Shown here: positions 17,388-26,535 of the stretch, in pieces
Layout of the letters: every line of letters begins with the position of its first letter
Position numbering within the stretch: the first letter of the stretch is position 1
Virus record (IMG/VR): IMGVR_UViG_3300047094_002559
Origin: an uncultured virus (IMG/VR IMGVR_UViG_3300047094_002559)
Lineage: Duplodnaviria; Heunggongvirae; Uroviricota; Caudoviricetes
Length of the DNA: 64,000 nucleotides
Direction: 5' to 3' (one strand)
Position numbers and translations under genes: made by a program
The notes under the pieces: model-generated
Databases searched by the model: none
Told to the model about the DNA's origin: nothing
The model's input: only the letters and a program-made list of their open reading frames with translations

Positions 17388-19130
17388 TTAGTCGAGCAGT
17401 TCCATCAAGCCGGAGACCACGTCATCCGGCAGTTCCGTGCTGCGGCCTTTGTCGGTGGCGTTCCACGCGCGTTCGACCAAGACTTTGGCCTTCTTCTGCT
17501 TGTCGGCGGCGAGCCGCTGGAAGCTGCCGGCGTCAGGAAACAGCCGCGTATGCATGCCCTCCAGTGTCACCTCGCCTGCTGCTGAACCAGCGGGCACCGT
17601 GGGCGGTTCCTCGTCATCCGGCACCATGGGTGGTTCTTCGTCGGCTGGCACCATGGGTGGTTCTTCGTCGGCTGGCACCATGGGTGGTGCGTCATCACCT
17701 GCCGGCAGAGTGACCAGCCCGGACTCCTCCAGGCTGACCCACGTGTTCGGCCTGATCATGACTTTGACGCCTTCGATCTGTCCGGCGTCTGTCATCGCCT
17801 GGAGTTCCGCCAGCGTTTTCTTCGCCGGTTTCACGCCTGACGCGCCCGCCCAGAACGGCGAGGCGAGGTCGCCCGCCTTCGCGATCGGTGCGTCAGCAGG
17901 CGCGCGCTCCTTCGGAGGGGACGTGCGTTCTGGCATCGGCGGCTTCGCGTTGGTCGGAGCGAGACGCGAAGCAGCAGGGCCTCCGCCGGTCACAGCGGCG
18001 ACTGGATCGCCGTCGTCCGGCGCGGCTTCGCGCGACGTACGGCTCGCGCGCGACGTGCGAGTCTCCGCGTTATCTGGCGACTCTCCGTCCGGCGTGCGCG
18101 AGGCGGCTCCCGCTGTGAGGCGGACATATTCAGGACGGTCTGCGGGCAGTTCCCCGCTGTAGCGCTGCGCGCAGGCGCCGCGAATCATTTCCATCGTGAC
18201 GGCCGCGTCGTAGGTCTTGATCATGTGATCCACCTGCTCCTCGTAGGTGGGGATGTTCCAATTCGCCGGGTCCGGCAGCAGGAAGCGGCTGGCCAGCACC
18301 TCCGCGCTGATCTTGTGGATCTTCGGCTTTTCGTCGAGGATCTCGGCCCGGTCCGTGAAGCAGATCACGTTGGTGTCATACGGGTCCTTCGGGTCCAGGT
18401 TGACCTTGTCAATGTGCCATTCCAGCGCGCTGGTCGGGTCGGTCGGATCGCCCAGCAGGTAGTGCGGCCAGTTGGGATCGCGCGCCGGCCCGTCATCCGA
18501 GCGGTGCGCCCAGCGCATCTGCTCGATGCAGTAGGAATACGCCGCCTGCGTGATGGCAAGGACGCCGTTGTGCCAGCTGTGCTCCTTGGTGATGCAGCGC
18601 GCCAGCGCAAAGAAACGCAGCGAGCGTCCGGGCACCAGGGCGTTTTCCTTCATGGACGGGGCCTTCAGATAGAAGTCCTTCTTGGAATCGCTGAACGCCT
18701 TGTTCCGGCGAATCCAGCGATTGAGGTCATCGAACGCGTCCGCGACATCATCGTTGCTGAGGGTCTCGCCTCCGATCATGTTGCGACGATTCGACGGTGA
18801 GAGCCAGTGCTCCTTCTTCTCGCCGAGGAACGGGTAGCACGTCAGCGGCAGCGCGAACGCGTTCGGCGTGAAGTGCCGCGGCAGACGCTTGTCGGGTGTG
18901 TCGCTCCAGCATGCTGCGACCGAGGCGGCGAACGCCTTGTCGTCGAAGGAGAGCGTCCAGTCGTAGGACGGCAGCAGGAAGCCGCGGAGTTTGGCGTCGA
19001 TCGACTGCTTGCCGATCATGTAGAGCTTGAATGCGTCCCCGCCGCGCGGCGTGGCGCCCAGCAGTGGGCGCCAATCGCCCTCTCCGTAAGCGGCATCGGC
19101 ATCGACAACAGGTGTGAATTTCTTGGACAT
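17388..19130 (-). CDS. Hypothetical replication/recombination protein (possible SSB) with a low-complexity tail and a GYF-like module
   Basis: Sits directly upstream of the recA-like gene; folded N-domain, Pro/Ala linker, FWAG...TLAELQAM..AGQI...WVSL module and acidic repeats. The SSB role is inferred from position only. Confidence 0.5.
   Translation of the reverse strand: MSKKFTPVVDADAAYGEGDWRPLLGATPRGGDAFKLYMIGKQSIDAKLRGFLLPSYDWTLSFDDKAFAASVAACWSDTPDKRLPRHFTPNAFALPLTCYPFLGEKKEHWLSPSNRRNMIGGETLSNDDVADAFDDLNRWIRRNKAFSDSKKDFYLKAPSMKENALVPGRSLRFFALARCITKEHSWHNGVLAITQAAYSYCIEQMRWAHRSDDGPARDPNWPHYLLGDPTDPTSALEWHIDKVNLDPKDPYDTNVICFTDRAEILDEKPKIHKISAEVLASRFLLPDPANWNIPTYEEQVDHMIKTYDAAVTMEMIRGACAQRYSGELPADRPEYVRLTAGAASRTPDGESPDNAETRTSRASRTSREAAPDDGDPVAAVTGGGPAASRLAPTNAKPPMPERTSPPKERAPADAPIAKAGDLASPFWAGASGVKPAKKTLAELQAMTDAGQIEGVKVMIRPNTWVSLEESGLVTLPAGDDAPPMVPADEEPPMVPADEEPPMVPDDEEPPTVPAGSAAGEVTLEGMHTRLFPDAGSFQRLAADKQKKAKVLVERAWNATDKGRSTELPDDVVSGLMELLD
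17593..17696. repeat. 27-bp coding tandem repeat, ~3.8 copies (PPMVPADEE)
   Basis: Units start at 17593, 17620, 17647 and 17674. Confidence 0.95.
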
Positions 19131-19163
19131 AGGTATTTTGGTTTCTGCGTAGTTTCTGAGTGC

Positions 19164-19193
19164 GCAAAGGCGGACCGAATGGTCCGCCTTTGC
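19164..19193. terminator. Intergenic 13-bp hairpin (terminator or processing site)
   Basis: GCAAAGGCGGACC-GAAT-GGTCCGCCTTTGC; no clear U-tract. Confidence 0.55.
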
Positions 19194-19222
19194 AGTGATT
19201 GATCCTCGTGTGTGTCGGTGAG

Positions 19223-19870
19223 TTAAGCGCTCTGAACTTCGGTCGCTTCCTCTTCGCCTTCCTCATCAATGGCGTCGGGGTCCATCTTGCTGTCGGACGG
19301 CTTCGTCGCTTCGCGGCGGCTCGCCGCGTTCAGCTTGATCTCGACTGAGTTTTCCGTCGTGTTGACGACCCGCCCGAGATTGCCAAGCCGCGTCGATGTC
19401 TCAACCGGCTTGCCAGACGCGAACAGCCTGTCCAGCTCGAGGATGATCGCGGCCGACTGCTCGAAGCGCACGTTGAACGGACGCTGGGTCACCCGGGCGA
19501 CCACTCCGTCCAGATCGTATTGCACGATCATGGTGGTGACGCCGTCCTGCGACTTGGGCACGACTCCCGACCGGTAGAGCCGGTTCGGGATGATGTCGAG
19601 CCCGACTGCCTTGCCGGCGTCGTTGGTGTGCACGATGAACTGGTGGTTCTGCAGTCTGTCCAGTCCATCCGGGACCTCGCCAACTTCGTTGGTGCCTGCT
19701 GCGTAGAGGAACAGTGCTTTCGTGGTCGGGCTGTGCTGCTGGTAGCTGCTGCCGTCAATGTAGGAGAGAAGGACGATGTTCTTCCCTGTGTTCGGGTCGA
19801 GCCGCGTCTCAGGTGCGGTGATCCGTTTGGCGATGGTTCTGGTGGCGGTTGCGCGTGATTTGATTTTCAT
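19223..19870 (-). CDS. Hypothetical protein (215 aa) with an acidic tail
   Basis: ORF with ATGA overlap. Confidence 0.75.
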   Translation of the reverse strand: MKIKSRATATRTIAKRITAPETRLDPNTGKNIVLLSYIDGSSYQQHSPTTKALFLYAAGTNEVGEVPDGLDRLQNHQFIVHTNDAGKAVGLDIIPNRLYRSGVVPKSQDGVTTMIVQYDLDGVVARVTQRPFNVRFEQSAAIILELDRLFASGKPVETSTRLGNLGRVVNTTENSVEIKLNAASRREATKPSDSKMDPDAIDEEGEEEATEVQSA

Positions 19871-20412
19871 GTTTTAGCGGAGCGTTCATACTCCGCGCGC
19901 AATTTAGCCGCCTCGTTCTCCGCCTGCAAGGTTTTTTGTTCAATCTCTTGAAGCAAGTCCGGATTGGTCGTCGTCTGAATCCGGTGCTGCTGGCAGAACT
20001 GCTCGTGCTCGATCACCGGCGTGCTGAAGGATGCCGGCTTGCACTTCGGGCAGGACGCGATGTGGTAGTGCCGCCCGTTCTCAAACACGAAACCCGTCGC
20101 CTGCTTGCCAGGCTTGTAGAACCCCATCAGCGACCGGCATCCCAGACAGACGATGCGTGGCCAGTTCTTGAACTCCTTCCGGCAATCCTCACACAGCAGG
20201 TCCGTGTAGTTGATGCCGGGCGCGATCATCACGCCCTTGCAGAACCGTCCGCTGTGCCACTTCACTTCCCACGCGATCACGTCCAGCAGCTTGCCGCAGA
20301 GGCACGGCTCGTAGCGCGTCAGCTTCAGATCTGATGCCGACTGAGTCGAGACGCCTCGCAGCATCTCCAGCATCGCGGGCGTGAGCTTGAAATCATCAGG
20401 CTGGTCAGTCAT
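19867..20412 (-). CDS. Cys-rich putative zinc-binding protein
   Basis: CLCG, CEDC, CLGC and CPKC motifs; ATG at 20412 (MTDQPDD). Confidence 0.7.
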   Translation of the reverse strand: MTDQPDDFKLTPAMLEMLRGVSTQSASDLKLTRYEPCLCGKLLDVIAWEVKWHSGRFCKGVMIAPGINYTDLLCEDCRKEFKNWPRIVCLGCRSLMGFYKPGKQATGFVFENGRHYHIASCPKCKPASFSTPVIEHEQFCQQHRIQTTTNPDLLQEIEQKTLQAENEAAKLRAEYERSAKT

Positions 20413-20464
20413 GGCGGCAGTCGAGCAGCACACGCCGATGCAGTCCATCGGAATTTCGTCAGCC

Positions 20465-20508
20465 AGGTAAAGAAGATGAAGAGCCGGGGACCATGTCCCC
20501 GGCTCTTC
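20465..20508 (-). terminator. Hairpin + TTTACCT terminator-like element
   Basis: GAAGAGCCGGGGAC/GTCCCCGGCTCTTC stem followed by ATCTTCTTTACCT. Confidence 0.75.
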
Positions 20509-20550
20509 CCACGCGAAGTCATTCCACGCTTATGCCCTGCGGCTCAGGTG

Positions 20551-20757
20551 TTACCCTTTGCCGTATCCTATGCGGGAGGCGGCATAAGCCGCGCCTCCCA
20601 AGCAGGCGAGTGCCGGTATCGACAAGACGATACCGTTACCAAGACCTTTCAGCACCGCCACGACGGCGGCAGCTGAGAAGCCTATGCCTGCCAGGATCGC
20701 CACCGCGCAAGCGGCAGCACCCAGAGCACCTATGATCATTTTGATGAGGTCATTCAT
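20551..20757 (-). CDS. Small membrane protein (68 aa, two hydrophobic helices)
   Basis: MNDLIKMIIGALGAAACAVAIL...; flanked by its own promoter motif and terminator. Confidence 0.7.
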   Translation of the reverse strand: MNDLIKMIIGALGAAACAVAILAGIGFSAAAVVAVLKGLGNGIVLSIPALACLGGAAYAASRIGYGKG

Positions 20758-20761
20758 GTGC

Positions 20762-20796
20762 AATACATTATGACACGCCAGGCTGCGCTTTTGCAA
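20762..20796 (-). promoter_or_regulatory. Conserved promoter motif GCAAW-N13-GYGTCATAA
   Basis: TTGCAAA-N13-GTGTCATAAT; same spacing as the three copies at 54.6-55.5 kb. Confidence 0.7.
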
Positions 20797-20809
20797 GGAG
20801 CGCGACGCG

Positions 20810-20962
20810 TCAGTTAAGCGTGCCGTCGCCGCGGATGTCGCCGAACTGGAGGGCATACACGCCCACGAAATATGGGTCCGTGGTGCCGTAGCCGCTCTGG
20901 CACGCCTCGGCGCCTGCCTCGCGCAGCATGATGTTGCCGAGCTCGATCATTGTTTTCGTCAT
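20810..20962 (-). CDS. Small hypothetical protein (50 aa)
   Basis: ATGA overlap with the HNH stop; MTKTMIELGNIML... Confidence 0.45.
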   Translation of the reverse strand: MTKTMIELGNIMLREAGAEACQSGYGTTDPYFVGVYALQFGDIRGDGTLN

Positions 20963-21684
20963 TGGTGTTTTGGCTGGGGTAGTCCGGCGAGCGCCCGCTG
21001 CAAACGCAGAACGTAGGCGCGTAGAAACTCGAAGAATTCGTCCTCCGTCCTGGTCCACTTCAACGTGTTGCAGTCGTAGCAGGCGATGCGGAAGTTCGCC
21101 GTGTGGTGTGCGCCTCCTCGATCGCACGGGGTAGCGTGATCGACTGAAGTTGCTTCCGGGCGTAGTGGATCAGTGCAGTAGTAGCACTCACCTCGTTGTC
21201 GCTCGAATATCTGCAGCAGGTCTTGCGGTTTGCAGACGTAGTCCAAATCCTTCAGCGCCACTTTGCTCACCTTCACGCCGCGTCGTTTGGCCAACGCTTG
21301 TCGGCCGGCGGTGTTACACGTGTATGCTTTCTTGCGCCACCATGCCTCGTCAAAACCAGAAGACCGGCGAGAGTCCGAGTTGTAGACGCGCGTCAGACAA
21401 GTGTCGCATATCTTGTTCAACTTTTCCTGGCATCGTCGATTCTTTCTCGGTGAGAACTCGCTGAGAAGCTTATGTCGAAAACATTTCACACAGACACGCC
21501 GCCCAGACGCGTCGTCCGGCGCGGCTAGGAGTGCCAGCTTTTTATCTCGCCGCTTTTTCGCGATTTCCTCTTTGTTGTAGCTGCGGACGCACGCCAGACA
21601 CCTCCCTTTGGATTTGCCACCGGAATAGTGTATCGGCGCTCCTGTGTCGCAGTGCGGGCATATAGGATCGTTCATGGCGATCAA
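20959..21684 (-). CDS. HNH endonuclease with N-terminal zinc-binding motifs
   Basis: CYYC...SVDHATP..RGGAH..ANFRIACYDCN..K; four extra CxxC pairs; overlaps the polA stop. Confidence 0.88.
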   Translation of the reverse strand: MIAMNDPICPHCDTGAPIHYSGGKSKGRCLACVRSYNKEEIAKKRRDKKLALLAAPDDASGRRVCVKCFRHKLLSEFSPRKNRRCQEKLNKICDTCLTRVYNSDSRRSSGFDEAWWRKKAYTCNTAGRQALAKRRGVKVSKVALKDLDYVCKPQDLLQIFERQRGECYYCTDPLRPEATSVDHATPCDRGGAHHTANFRIACYDCNTLKWTRTEDEFFEFLRAYVLRLQRALAGLPQPKHQ

Positions 21685-24600
21685 CTTACACCATACGCAG
21701 TCTTGACGTCAACAGGCTTCTGTAGGTGCCCCAAACCCGCGAGCATAAGCAGATTGGGGTGCTGCTCTAAAAACTTCAACTTGCTGGAAGGTGCGTGAAA
21801 CTCTCGATCATCCAACGTCCGCTGATCCTCATCGTTCGGTCGTGTAGACCACCGGTAGTTGAACTCGTTCTCGATAGAGTAGCGCAGCGTTCTAGCTCCG
21901 CGCTCATCGTTGTAGTCCCAGGTGTTCAACTCAGACATGCAGAGCGTGTGTAACCGCGCGACGAGGAATCGCTCCTCTAGCGGAGCCAGCGTCACGACGG
22001 AGTCATATAAACAGATCATCGGACGCGCTTTCATTCCCAGTCTACGATACGCCATCAGCAACCAGTTACACGCTCGCGCTGAGGTGCTTGCAACTGATTC
22101 CTGCATGGCGTAATTCTTCATCTCGCGACCCAGGGCGCTGTCGATCGAGTTGCGCGTGCGCCAGCTCACGCCGCTACCGGCCGAGTGCGTCAGGCAGTGA
22201 CGAATGCGTCCGGACGCTGCGCGATACATACCACGCTCCTTCGGCGTCCTGGCCATCTCCTCCAGGAACTCTGTCGCGCGCGGTTGACGTTCGCGTATAG
22301 CTTCCAGCCCACGCTCGCCGGTACCCTCCTCCGGCTTGACGCCGGTGACAGCTTCGATCTGTCGCTCTAGCGAATTTTCAGAGGCGCCATAGGCGCTAGA
22401 AAAGTTGAGTACCTTCCCGGCCGCTCTATCCTTCTTGGCCTTCATCATCTCGCGATACTTACCGTATGTGCTCTCCACCAGCGACCAGTGAATGTCGTAG
22501 CGAGTGTGTACCACGGCGCCGGACTCGTCCCGCAGCAAATCGCTCTCCTCGACCTTACCAAGACACACACCATCCGCCCATACGTGCATCAGGAATTTCG
22601 GGTTTTGCGCATTCTCCGGGATGCCAGATGTCTTCGCGTCAGTGAACGCCACCCTCACCACGGTCGCGCCATACATCTTACTCTTCAGTCTCGCCCACTC
22701 GGGGTCCGGATCAAACAGAATGCGCATCAGATCCTTGTCCCCGGAGATCATCGCCAGCGCGACCATCTCAGCCGTGACGTAATCGCTCTCGACCAGCACG
22801 TAGCCTTCCGGAGCCTGCACGCACGACCGTATCGACGGCAAGTCGTCTGCGTCCCTGTCGACCCATCGCAGCAGATTCTCCGGCAGGTCGCCTTCCTCGT
22901 GGGCTTCCTTCACGCAGCGCGCCACAGACGCCGAGATGCGCCTGTTCACGAAGCTCGGCCAGTTGAGCACGTTTGGGAAGAACGTCCGCGGCCGGCCCGT
23001 CTCCGTCGATGACGTCTGCGGGTGGATGCGGCCGTCGCTCTGCAGCCACAGGTGCAAGCCGTTCTCCTCGATGACTTCCTCGCCGGTGTCCTCGTCGATC
23101 TCGATCGTCGGCTCCTTCAGGAACGCCTTCGACAAGTTGCCGACGGCGTTCAGGTTCAGAAGCTCGTCGATGGCGGGCAGCTGCTCCGAGAGAATCGCGA
23201 GCGTCTGCTTGTCCACCGCGGGCTTGTAAAGCGACTGGCGGTCCTCAGGCAGCTCCAGCACTTTCTCCCACGCCATGGACGGCAGGCCCTTGGCCTTCTG
23301 GTTGGTGGACTTGATCGGGACGAGCTCCTCGAAGTCGAACAACCAGCGCACCATCTGGTCAGGAGACCGGATGTTGAACGCCGGGGAATCCTCCCAATGG
23401 GCGATCCACTTGTTCCACTTCGGCACCTCCGCGAGCTTGCCGGCGTCGAGCAGCATCTGCTTCACCTGCGTGCGCAGCAGCTCGCCGTCATGCGCCACGA
23501 TCGCCGGCAGGCACAGCTTAGTCGCCGCGACACCGAACGCCTTGATGAGCTTCGACCTGAGCTTCGACTCCGCCTCCGCAGCCACCCGTCGCTTGAACGT
23601 CTTGTCCAGACGCAGCTTCGCGAAGGTGAACAGGTGACGCAGGTCGTCCATCATCGAGATGTCCATCGGCAGCCCGGTCATGCAGAACTCGACGAACACG
23701 TCCGATGAGAACGGACCGAACATGTCGCGGTAGTAGGCCCACAGCCGCTGCGCCTCCAGCTGCCGCTTGATCAGCGGGTAGGCACGATACGGCGTGATGA
23801 CGTCAGCCGCAGCGTAGGGATGCAGGATGGCGCTCGGGATGAAGCCGTAGCCGCCCTTGCAGAGATCCTTATTCTCGCGCTTCCACATGACGAGCTCTTG
23901 GTCGTATCGACCCAGGCTCGTGTATTGCATTGCGATGCGCTCCAACCCGAGGTCCGAGCTTTCGTCGGAAACCTGCTGCGCAAACTCCGTGTCCATTTCC
24001 AGCTTCCCGTAGGTCTCCATCCCGAGCCAGTGCTGCATCCACGGGGCGTCCGCCGGGAAGTGGTGGCCGATGTAGCGGACGCCGAGGCGTGCGAAGGTGC
24101 TCGCGATCGGTCTGCCGATGGTTGCGTAGCGGAACCTGTCGACGACTTCCGGACACGTCTTCTCCTTTTGCAGCGCCGCCAGCCGGTTGGCCTCGACTAT
24201 GAAGTGCACGTAGGCTTCCCTGCTTTCTGCTGGGTTCGGTGTTGGCATCTCGAAACTCCACTCACCCTTCTCGTCCCGAAACTCGATCACCACGGCGTCA
24301 GTCTCCGACCACGCGAACTGAATCGTCCGAAACTTTCCGTCGATGTGCGTCCTGCCGTGCCACTCGCCGTCCACCGACACGAGCGGGTTGCCGTGCTCGT
24401 CCTTGAGTCCCGGCCAGCGGTCCTCCTCGACAAGCGTCTCCAGGTGGCTAAGCCAGTCCTCCAGTTCGTCCATGTTGCGAATCACCTGATGCGTGAAGGT
24501 CTGGCCGACGATGTTACCGCCGTTGTCCAGGATCTCCTTGCGCCGGGCCGCCTCCTTGAAGTCGATGCGGAACATCTCGTAATACTCCGGCTTGCCGACC

Positions 24601-25178
24601 AGAAGCGACGGCGCATACATCACGTAGAGGTGCGCCTGGTGATCCTCTGACCAGAACCAGCAGCCGTGGGCGTCATCGAAGCTGATCTTCTGCGGGCTGA
24701 GCATGTCGAACACGTGCTTGCCCAGGCAGACGATGATCTTCGGTTTCACGCGGGCGATCTCGTCCTCGAGGATCGGCATCCCCCACTTCATGATCTTCTT
24801 CGCCGGCTTCGACCGCTGCGCGCGCGGCAGCAGCCACTTGCAGCACGCGGTGTAGTAGCACCGCTCCATGTCGATTCCGGCCCGCAGCGCCACGTCCTTG
24901 ATGATGCCCGTGGACCCTTTCAGATACTCGGCCGGCTGCGGGATTCGCATGCCGAACACCGAGGTGGCCGCAGTCGCCGCCTCGTCCTCCTCAAGGGAGG
25001 ACGTGACGAACATGATGTCGTATTCCTCCTGCTTGTCCACCAGGGCCCGGCCTGCGACGTAGAGCACGCCGTCGATGTGTCGGGTCTTGGTCAGCGTCCT
25101 GGGGCACTTCGCAGCCTCGTCGTAGGGAGGTTGCAGCTCCTCCAGTGTCCGCCCGCGGCGGGATGGTGTTTCGCTCAT
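21681..25178 (-). CDS. polA: Family A DNA polymerase with an N-terminal UDG-like domain and a 3'-5' exonuclease
   Basis: Exo motifs VDGE, GHHFPAD and YAAAD; TETGR; motif A ESDYVTAE; motif B RAAGKVLNFSSAYG; motif C LYDS; N-terminal EIARVKPKIIVCLG UDG-fold signature. Confidence 0.92.
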   Translation of the reverse strand: MSETPSRRGRTLEELQPPYDEAAKCPRTLTKTRHIDGVLYVAGRALVDKQEEYDIMFVTSSLEEDEAATAATSVFGMRIPQPAEYLKGSTGIIKDVALRAGIDMERCYYTACCKWLLPRAQRSKPAKKIMKWGMPILEDEIARVKPKIIVCLGKHVFDMLSPQKISFDDAHGCWFWSEDHQAHLYVMYAPSLLVGKPEYYEMFRIDFKEAARRKEILDNGGNIVGQTFTHQVIRNMDELEDWLSHLETLVEEDRWPGLKDEHGNPLVSVDGEWHGRTHIDGKFRTIQFAWSETDAVVIEFRDEKGEWSFEMPTPNPAESREAYVHFIVEANRLAALQKEKTCPEVVDRFRYATIGRPIASTFARLGVRYIGHHFPADAPWMQHWLGMETYGKLEMDTEFAQQVSDESSDLGLERIAMQYTSLGRYDQELVMWKRENKDLCKGGYGFIPSAILHPYAAADVITPYRAYPLIKRQLEAQRLWAYYRDMFGPFSSDVFVEFCMTGLPMDISMMDDLRHLFTFAKLRLDKTFKRRVAAEAESKLRSKLIKAFGVAATKLCLPAIVAHDGELLRTQVKQMLLDAGKLAEVPKWNKWIAHWEDSPAFNIRSPDQMVRWLFDFEELVPIKSTNQKAKGLPSMAWEKVLELPEDRQSLYKPAVDKQTLAILSEQLPAIDELLNLNAVGNLSKAFLKEPTIEIDEDTGEEVIEENGLHLWLQSDGRIHPQTSSTETGRPRTFFPNVLNWPSFVNRRISASVARCVKEAHEEGDLPENLLRWVDRDADDLPSIRSCVQAPEGYVLVESDYVTAEMVALAMISGDKDLMRILFDPDPEWARLKSKMYGATVVRVAFTDAKTSGIPENAQNPKFLMHVWADGVCLGKVEESDLLRDESGAVVHTRYDIHWSLVESTYGKYREMMKAKKDRAAGKVLNFSSAYGASENSLERQIEAVTGVKPEEGTGERGLEAIRERQPRATEFLEEMARTPKERGMYRAASGRIRHCLTHSAGSGVSWRTRNSIDSALGREMKNYAMQESVASTSARACNWLLMAYRRLGMKARPMICLYDSVVTLAPLEERFLVARLHTLCMSELNTWDYNDERGARTLRYSIENEFNYRWSTRPNDEDQRTLDDREFHAPSSKLKFLEQHPNLLMLAGLGHLQKPVDVKTAYGVS

Positions 25179-25187
25179 GGTTTCGGT

Positions 25188-25382
25188 TCAGTATGTTGGC
25201 GGTCCGGCTTCGAGCCGCAGCAGCCGCCGGTGGATGTCGATCAGCTTCTCCTCGGTGGTCTTCGCCATCCACGCAGCCAGCGCTTCGCGCTGTTCGCGCG
25301 CGCGGCAGTTGTTGCACTTGTTGTTGGTGAACGTCGTGTATTCCGCGCAGACGTCACAGTGTTGTCGTATCACGTAGGCCAT
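25188..25382 (-). CDS. Small zinc-ribbon protein (64 aa)
   Basis: CDVC...CNNC followed by a helix. Confidence 0.65.
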   Translation of the reverse strand: MAYVIRQHCDVCAEYTTFTNNKCNNCRAREQREALAAWMAKTTEEKLIDIHRRLLRLEAGPPTY

Positions 25383-25385
25383 GAC

Positions 25386-25874
25386 TCAACCCTCCTGCAT
25401 TCCGGTTGCGGGCAATTCGGCGATCATCGGCATCCGGCCCAGCGCCTCGCAGGCATCCACGTATGCGTGCGCCAAGTCCAGCCAGTCCTCGTCGGCGGCG
25501 CAACCCTGCACCTGCCCGTCGCGGTCTTCGATGACGCCGCCGCTGTTCTCGATCGTCCGCACCAATTTCATCAGCGCGGCCTCATAAGCGAACTCCTCCT
25601 CGCTCGACAGCCGGTAGTCAAGATTCCACTCGTCGTGGATGCACTCTCCGTCCTCCCCGCCGAGATGCACGCTGGCATACACCAGCCGCTCGCTCATCTC
25701 GCCGGCGACGCGGAAGAGCTCACTCAGGACGTGCTTCGCCTGCTGCTTGGCCTCCGGCAAATTGTTCGCGCGCCGGTCCGCCGACCATCCGGTAATGTGC
25801 CACGTCTTGCCTCTGCATTTCTCGACGGCCATCCGGTCGTAGCCGAGGATTGTGTATTTGGAGTCTGAGTTCAT
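25386..25874 (-). CDS. Hypothetical protein (162 aa)
   Basis: ORF with ATGA overlap. Confidence 0.7.
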   Translation of the reverse strand: MNSDSKYTILGYDRMAVEKCRGKTWHITGWSADRRANNLPEAKQQAKHVLSELFRVAGEMSERLVYASVHLGGEDGECIHDEWNLDYRLSSEEEFAYEAALMKLVRTIENSGGVIEDRDGQVQGCAADEDWLDLAHAYVDACEALGRMPMIAELPATGMQEG

Positions 25875-26227
25875 ACGATTTCGCGTGGCGTCGGGACTCT
25901 TCGGCGGATGATCCGGAATGATGACATCGCCGAGTCGGCACCGCAGGCGACGTAAATCGGATCTTTGACACCCAACAATTCTGCGGCGGTGTGCAGCAGC
26001 GCGACGATCTTCCCTTCGTCGATGTCATCCGGCAGGTGCATGTCGATTTGCGCAACTTTCACGAACTCGCGGTCGTTGCTGATGATGATAAGCTGACTGC
26101 CTTTGTTGGCGGCTTCTTGTATGCTATTGAGGTTCATATGGTTTCAGTCGTTGTTATTCGTAGGGGATTCCTAACTCATCGAGCTCCGGTCGTAGCCGAG
26201 GATTGTGTATTTGTAGTCTGAGTTCAT
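25832..26227. repeat. 43-bp direct repeat (25832-25874 and 26185-26227, 1 mismatch) flanking an 88-aa gene
   Basis: TCCGGTCGTAGCCGAGGATTGTGTATTTG(G/T)AGTCTGAGTTCAT occurs twice. Confidence 0.92.
25871..26137 (-). CDS. Hypothetical protein (88 aa)
   Basis: ORF between the two 43-bp repeats. Confidence 0.65.
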   Translation of the reverse strand: MNLNSIQEAANKGSQLIIISNDREFVKVAQIDMHLPDDIDEGKIVALLHTAAELLGVKDPIYVACGADSAMSSFRIIRRRVPTPREIV

Positions 26228-26231
26228 GTGA

Positions 26232-26492
26232 TTATTGGCCGGAGACAGCCGGCGCGCTGAAGACTTCGATCGTCAGCGAAGCAGCGTGCTTGTGCACGTG
26301 CGCCGCTGCTTTGCGTCCGCCGACCGCCAAGGCCAGCGCACGTATAGAGTTACCCAGCGCAGAAGGGTCTACGCTCGATGCATTGTTAATTAGAATATCC
26401 GCGAGCTTGGTCCGCCCGCGCATATCCATCTTGTCGATTCGCAGTCCTTCGTTTGCCGCTCTTTCGACAGCGGCGTGTATAGATGTGCTCAT
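26232..26492 (-). CDS. Hypothetical protein (86 aa)
   Basis: ORF with an A/C-rich leader. Confidence 0.6.
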   Translation of the reverse strand: MSTSIHAAVERAANEGLRIDKMDMRGRTKLADILINNASSVDPSALGNSIRALALAVGGRKAAAHVHKHAASLTIEVFSAPAVSGQ

Positions 26493-26535
26493 AGTGTGTT
26501 TGTTGTTATTCGATCAGTTTGTTATCGATCATGCG

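Noticed and set aside
17593..17696. 27-bp repeats as a possible CRISPR array
   Set aside because: The units are contiguous with no spacers and encode an in-frame peptide repeat.
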